DNA from: Candidatus Rokuibacteriota bacterium
GTDB taxonomy: Bacteria; Methylomirabilota; Methylomirabilia; Rokubacteriales; DASRDR01
Assembly: GCA_044866005.1 (NCBI GenBank)
Contig: JBIOTN010000219.1
Coordinates: 1-10,750 of the forward strand
Length of the DNA: 10,750 bases
Direction: 5' to 3'
This document shows, piece after piece, positions 6,759 through 10,750 of this stretch (position 1 is its first letter; the number at the start of each line of letters is the position of its first letter). Under the pieces are notes generated by a model that worked only from the letters and a program-made list of their open reading frames with translations, made no database searches and was not told the DNA's origin. Both the position numbers and the translations under genes were made by a program.

Positions 6759-7252
6759 CGGCGCGGCCCGGCGGGCTCGCCGGGCTTTTGACGGGCCTCG
6801 CCCTGTTCGCCTGGGCCAGCCTCGCCCCGGCGGCGACCTGGGGCGGGATCACGCCGGGCCAGACCACCCGGGGCGAGGTCGAGGCGCGCTACGGCCGGCC
6901 GACCCGGGAGCGCGTCGTCACGCAGGAGGGCCGGACCGGCTCGGAGTGGACCTACGCCGGGGACCAGGCGCCGCGCGGCATCGACCGCATGGTCATCGGC
7001 TTCGGGCTCCTCGGGCCCCAGGGATTGGTCCCCGACCTCGTCCGGTCGCTCGCGCTGTATCCCAGGGCGCGGATCTTCTCGGTGGAGTTCCTCGTGGCCG
7101 GATGGGGGAAGCCCGACGCCATCGGCACCGAGGAGCAAACGGGCCGGCCCTCGTTCCGCTACGACGGCCGGGCACTCTTCGTCATCCTCGATCACACCGG
7201 TCAGTGGGCGGAGATGCTGCTGTTCGGCCCGGAGAAGCCGGCCAGCCGATAG
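6755..7252 (+). CDS. Hypothetical exported protein, 165 aa
   Basis: GTGA overlap with the upstream stop and GC-rich third codon positions. Signal-peptide-like N-terminus (MTARPGGLAGLLTGLALFAWASLAPA). Mature part has ITPGQTTRGEVEARYGRP and a second WGKPD unit, reminiscent of SmpA/BamE/BLIP-type repeats. Confidence 0.75.
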   Translation: MTARPGGLAGLLTGLALFAWASLAPAATWGGITPGQTTRGEVEARYGRPTRERVVTQEGRTGSEWTYAGDQAPRGIDRMVIGFGLLGPQGLVPDLVRSLALYPRARIFSVEFLVAGWGKPDAIGTEEQTGRPSFRYDGRALFVILDHTGQWAEMLLFGPEKPASR

Positions 7253-7293
7253 CCCGGGCCGGCGCGCGCTGTCGCGGACCCCGGCCCCGGCCG

Positions 7294-7322
7294 TTGTCCG
7301 AGTCCGGCCGCAGTGGTAGGCT
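7294..7322 (+). promoter_or_regulatory. Internal sigma70-type promoter with extended -10
   Basis: TTGTCC (7294-7299), 17-nt spacer, TAGGCT (7317-7322), with TG at 7314-7315 (TGn motif). Ends 12 nt before ATG 7335. Confidence 0.65.
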
Positions 7323-7334
7323 GAAGGGGTTCTC

Positions 7335-8249
7335 ATGACCCCACCTTCCGACCCGATCGAGATCCTCTGCGCCGTCGACGCCGCCGGGCGCGGCATCGCC
7401 CGTCTCGTCCGGCCGGGCGCCCTGGCCGCGGCGGCGCGGAGCCTCGCGCGCGCCACCGGCGTCGTCCTCGTCACCGGCTTCGTCCCGCGCCCGTCGTGGA
7501 GCGCCGAGACGGACGGCCCGTCCGGAACGGTCGTCCTCGGGCGCGCCCTCCGCCAGCTCGGCGCGCGCGTCCTCTACCTGGCCGATCCGCCGGTGATCCC
7601 GCTGCTCGAGGCCTGCCTGAAGGAGCTCGCCGAGCCGCTCGAGCTCCTCCCGGTGCCGGCGGACCCGGAAGCGGCGGTGGCCGCGGCGCGCCGCGCGCTC
7701 CGGACGTTCGCGCCGACCCATCTCGTCGCCGTGGAGCGCCCGGGGCGTGCCGCGGACGGCCGCTACTACAACGCCCGGGGCCGTGCGGTGGGCTCGCTCA
7801 ACGCGCCGCTCGACGCGCTCTTTCGCGCGCCGGCCCGCGGCGTGGTCACCGTGGGCATCGGGGACGGCGGCAACGAGGTCGGCATGGGCCGGGTCCGGGC
7901 CCGCGTCGTCCGGGACATCGCCCACGGCGCCAAGATCGCCTCCGTCGTCCGGACGGACCACCTCGTCGTCGCGGGCACCGCGAACTGGGGGGCGTGGGGG
8001 CTGACGGCGCACCTCGGCCTGGCGACCGGCCGCGACCTCCTCCACACCCATGACGACGAGGCGCGTCTGACCCAGGCGATGGTGGCGGCGGGCGGGATGG
8101 ACGGGCTCACCGGCGCGCGGGTGCCGACCGTGGACAGCCTGCCGCTCGCGCTCCACCAGACACTGCTGGCGACCCTGCGCGAGCTGACCGCGCACCTCTT
8201 GACCCGGCGCGGACGCGGCGTCCGCCCACCTTCGAGGGAGACTGGCTGA
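7335..8249 (+). CDS. DUF4392 / D-glutamate cyclase-like domain protein, 304 aa
   Basis: Motifs VVLVTGF, ETDGP.G, LVAVERPGRAADGRYYNARG, TVGIGDGGNEVGMG, VAGTANWGAWGL, characteristic of the DUF4392 family as I recall it. Confidence 0.85.
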   Translation: MTPPSDPIEILCAVDAAGRGIARLVRPGALAAAARSLARATGVVLVTGFVPRPSWSAETDGPSGTVVLGRALRQLGARVLYLADPPVIPLLEACLKELAEPLELLPVPADPEAAVAAARRALRTFAPTHLVAVERPGRAADGRYYNARGRAVGSLNAPLDALFRAPARGVVTVGIGDGGNEVGMGRVRARVVRDIAHGAKIASVVRTDHLVVAGTANWGAWGLTAHLGLATGRDLLHTHDDEARLTQAMVAAGGMDGLTGARVPTVDSLPLALHQTLLATLRELTAHLLTRRGRGVRPPSRETG

Positions 8250-9568
8250 TGGCCGAGACCGTGCTGGAGCGCTATCGCAAGACGCGCCCCGGGTCGTGGC
8301 GGCAGTGGGAACGCGCCTGCCGCGTGATCCCGGGCGGCATCACGCACGACAGCCGCTACCTGACGCCGTTCCCCATCTACGTGACCCGGGCCGAGGGTCC
8401 GCGCAAGTGGGACGTGGACGGGCACGAGTACATCGACTACTGGATGGGGCACGGGGCGCTCTTCCTCGGGCACGCGCACCCGACCCTGGTCGAGGCGGTG
8501 ACCCGGCAGGTGGCGCGTGGCACGCACTACGGCGCCTGCCACGAGCTCGAGGTGGAGTGGGCCGAGTGGATCAGCCGGCTGGTGCCCTCGGCGGAGCAGG
8601 TGCGCTTCACCATGTCCGGCACGGAGGCGACCCACCTCGCCCTCCGTCTGGCCCGGGCGGCGACCGGCCGGCCGAAGGTCGTGAAGTTCACGGGCCATTT
8701 CCACGGCTGGCACGACGGCGTCGTGCCCGGCGTGAACCCGCCGTACGAGGTCCCGATGTCGGCGGGGGTGCCCGGCGCGGTCCTGGGCGAGGTGCTCCTC
8801 GCGCCGCAGGACGACGCCCCGGCGCTCGAGCGGCTGCTGGGAAGCCGCCAGGACATCGCCGCGGTCATCCTCGAGCCCTCCGGCGGCCAGGCGGGCACCT
8901 TCCCCATCGCCCCGGACTTCCTGACGGCCGTCCGCCGGCTCACGGCGGCCCACGGCGTCGTGCTGATCTTCGACGAGGTCATCACGGGGTTCCGGTACGC
9001 GCCCGGCGGCGCCCAGGCCTACTACGGCGTGACCCCGGACCTGACCACGGTCGCCAAGATCGTGGCGGGCGGGCTGCCCGGCGCCGCCGTCTGTGGCCGG
9101 CGCGACCTCGTCAGCCGCATGGCGTTCGGCAACGACGCGACGTGGAACCGGCGAGAGCGCGTGGCACAGAACGGGACGTACAACGCCAACCCGCTCTCGG
9201 CCGCGGCCGGCATCGCCATGCTGGCGCAGATCGCCGACGGCAAGCTGCACGAGACCGCCAACGCCCGGGGGACCGAGCTGCGCGCCGGCCTGAACGAGGT
9301 CTTCCGCAAGGCGGGGGTCGCCTGCGTCGCCTACGGGGACGTCTCGACCTTCCACGTCTCGCTCGAGGGGCCGCCCGGGGGCGCCGCGAGCGCGCCGCGG
9401 AACGCGGCGCTCTACCACTCGTGGCGGTGCGCCCTGATCCTCCACGGGGTGGACATGTCGGCCTACCACGGCTGGCTGTCCGTCGTCCACGGCGAGCGGG
9501 AGATCGAGGAGACCGTCGCCGCCGCCGGGCGCGCGGTCGCGGACCTGCAGGCGGAAGGCGCGCTCTAG
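8249..9568 (+). CDS. Class III PLP-dependent aminotransferase, glutamate-1-semialdehyde aminomutase (HemL)-like, 439 aa
   Basis: Motifs WDVDGHEYIDY..G.GALFLGHAH, VRFTMSGTEAT, FHGWHD, VILEP, LIFDEVITGFR, PDLTTVAKIVAGGLP (PLP lysine), GTYNANP. TGATG overlap with the upstream gene. Confidence 0.9.
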   Translation: MAETVLERYRKTRPGSWRQWERACRVIPGGITHDSRYLTPFPIYVTRAEGPRKWDVDGHEYIDYWMGHGALFLGHAHPTLVEAVTRQVARGTHYGACHELEVEWAEWISRLVPSAEQVRFTMSGTEATHLALRLARAATGRPKVVKFTGHFHGWHDGVVPGVNPPYEVPMSAGVPGAVLGEVLLAPQDDAPALERLLGSRQDIAAVILEPSGGQAGTFPIAPDFLTAVRRLTAAHGVVLIFDEVITGFRYAPGGAQAYYGVTPDLTTVAKIVAGGLPGAAVCGRRDLVSRMAFGNDATWNRRERVAQNGTYNANPLSAAAGIAMLAQIADGKLHETANARGTELRAGLNEVFRKAGVACVAYGDVSTFHVSLEGPPGGAASAPRNAALYHSWRCALILHGVDMSAYHGWLSVVHGEREIEETVAAAGRAVADLQAEGAL

Positions 9569-9575
9569 CGCATCG

Positions 9576-9893
9576 ATGATCCCGGCCGAAGACCGGAACC
9601 GCGAGCTCCGGCGCGTCTACGACCTCGCCCGCGAGGCCGAGGTCTTCGAAGGGGGCGTCACCTATCAGGACGAGGCCGACATCCTGATCGTCGGCGACTG
9701 GGCGCTCCTGGCGTACGACGAGGAGGATGCGCTGGCCCTGTCCTTCCACCTCAACGCGCATCCGGTCGAGGTCGCGCGGCTGACCCGGTTCCTCGTCGAG
9801 CACGACGTCGAGTTCGTGCTCTACGAGGCGTTCGTGGTCAACGATCGCGACGAGATCGTCTTCGAGTCCGACCTGGAAGGGCGTTCCGGGTGA
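9576..9893 (+). CDS. Small acidic hypothetical protein, 105 aa
   Basis: Fills the gap between two genes, shows typical codon usage and overlaps the next start (GTGA). No family recognised. Confidence 0.75.
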   Translation: MIPAEDRNRELRRVYDLAREAEVFEGGVTYQDEADILIVGDWALLAYDEEDALALSFHLNAHPVEVARLTRFLVEHDVEFVLYEAFVVNDRDEIVFESDLEGRSG

Positions 9894-10732
9894 GCCGCAC
9901 CCGGACGGTGGTCACGCGCGCCGTGGCCGGCGCCGTCGCCGGCCTCGTCGCCGCGACGGTGTGGGTGGCCGTGGGCCAGCCCCCGGCGCCGGCGCACCCC
10001 GGCAAGGCGACCTACGACCTCTACTGCGCGAGCTGCCACGGCCCGGGCGGCAAGGCCGACGGCCCGGCGGCGGCCGCCCTGCCGATCAAGCCGCCGCCCT
10101 TCACCGATGGCGGCGTGATGAACCCGCTGCCGGACGACTTTCTCTTCACGGTGATCAGCCAGGGAGCCGGCGCCGTGGGGCTGGCCCCCCAGATGCCGGG
10201 GTTCCGCCCGCCGCTCACCGACCGCCAGATCCGGGACGTCATCGCGTACGTCCGGACGTTCGCCGACCCGCCCTACCAGCCGGCGCCCGTGGCGGCCGTC
10301 GAGACGCAGGCGCCCCCGCCGCCCCAGCCGATCGAGTTCAGTCACGTCGTCCACGCGGGGTCCTACCGCATCGACTGCCAGTACTGCCACGCGGACGCCC
10401 GCCGGTCCCCGTTCGCGGGGCTGCCGTCGGTCGAGCGATGCATGGGCTGCCACAAGATCGTGGCGGCCCAGGGCAATCCCGAGGTGCAGAAGGTCCACCA
10501 GTACTGGAACCAGAAGCAGCCGATCCCGTGGATCCGCATCCACAAGGTGCCGGGCTTCGTCTACTTCCCCCACAAGCGCCACATCCAGGTCGGCCTGGCC
10601 TGCCAGACCTGTCACGGGCCGGTCGAGCGGATGCAGCGGGTCGCGCAGGTGGCCCCGCTCTCGATGGGCTGGTGCGTGGACTGCCACGCCCGGCGCCAGG
10701 GCCCGCTCGACTGCGTCGTCTGTCATCATTAG
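9890..10732 (+). CDS. Six-heme cytochrome c: N-terminal signal/anchor, class I monoheme domain, ActA/QrcA-like pentaheme domain, 280 aa
   Basis: CxxCH motifs CASCH, CQYCH, CMGCH, CQTCH, CVDCH, CVVCH. ActA-type signatures PQPIEFSH..H, AGLPS, IPW.RIH.VP.FVYF.H.RH, LSMGWC. MP motif (likely Met ligand) in the monoheme domain. Confidence 0.92.
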   Translation: MSRTRTVVTRAVAGAVAGLVAATVWVAVGQPPAPAHPGKATYDLYCASCHGPGGKADGPAAAALPIKPPPFTDGGVMNPLPDDFLFTVISQGAGAVGLAPQMPGFRPPLTDRQIRDVIAYVRTFADPPYQPAPVAAVETQAPPPPQPIEFSHVVHAGSYRIDCQYCHADARRSPFAGLPSVERCMGCHKIVAAQGNPEVQKVHQYWNQKQPIPWIRIHKVPGFVYFPHKRHIQVGLACQTCHGPVERMQRVAQVAPLSMGWCVDCHARRQGPLDCVVCHH

Positions 10733-10735
10733 GCC

Positions 10736-10750
10736 TCGGAGGGGGCCTCG
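10736..10750. repeat. Possible start of a REP-like intergenic repeat (TCGGAGGGGGCCTCG, truncated)
   Basis: Begins 3 nt after the cytochrome stop codon and shares a 10-nt motif with 6-15 on the opposite strand. Confidence 0.35.

Noticed and set aside
7256..7287. GC hairpin GGGCCGG/CCGGCCC after the exported-protein gene as a terminator
   Set aside because: No U-tract, and such stems are common by chance at this GC content.
2598..9568. Assigning gene symbols hypE, ggt, acuB, citE or hemL
   Set aside because: Only family-level similarity is supported; diagnostic residues or partner genes are missing.
2732..10729. Long antisense ORFs (2732..4312, 4328..5140, 5667..6551, 7766..9490, 9821..10729 and others)
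   Set aside because: They overlap well-supported plus-strand genes, show no motifs, and are expected from strong GC3 bias.
1..10750. CRISPR array, tRNA/rRNA, transposase, integrase, or a composite mobile element bounded by the terminal inverted 10-mers
   Set aside because: No repeat-spacer periodicity, tRNA/rRNA signatures or mobility genes seen. Composition looks uniform and the gene content is metabolic.

Overview
Very GC-rich bacterial DNA, densely coding. One minus-strand gene, a stand-alone glutamate formiminotransferase (269-1168), is divergent from a plus-strand run of nine genes: M20 amidohydrolase, PurM/HypE-like (AIR synthase-related) protein, cytoplasmic gamma-glutamyltransferase-family Ntn hydrolase, CBS+ACT (AcuB-like) protein, CitE-like CoA-ester lyase, secreted hypothetical protein, then, after an internal sigma70-type promoter, a DUF4392 glutamate-cyclase-like protein, a HemL-like class III aminotransferase, an acidic hypothetical protein, and a six-CxxCH cytochrome c (monoheme plus ActA/QrcA-like pentaheme). 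The most interesting unexplained signal is the non-coding first 270 bp. On the minus strand it shows two tandem near-palindromic enhancer-like boxes, a sigma54 -24/-12 promoter, and an ~88-nt RNA of two hairpins with C-rich loops ending in a U-tract. This is a candidate sigma54-dependent small RNA, or an attenuator for a gene beyond the window edge. The same TCGGAGGGGG motif lies at both window ends in opposite orientations, suggesting a REP-like repeat. All protein calls come from motif recognition by eye; no database searches were run.
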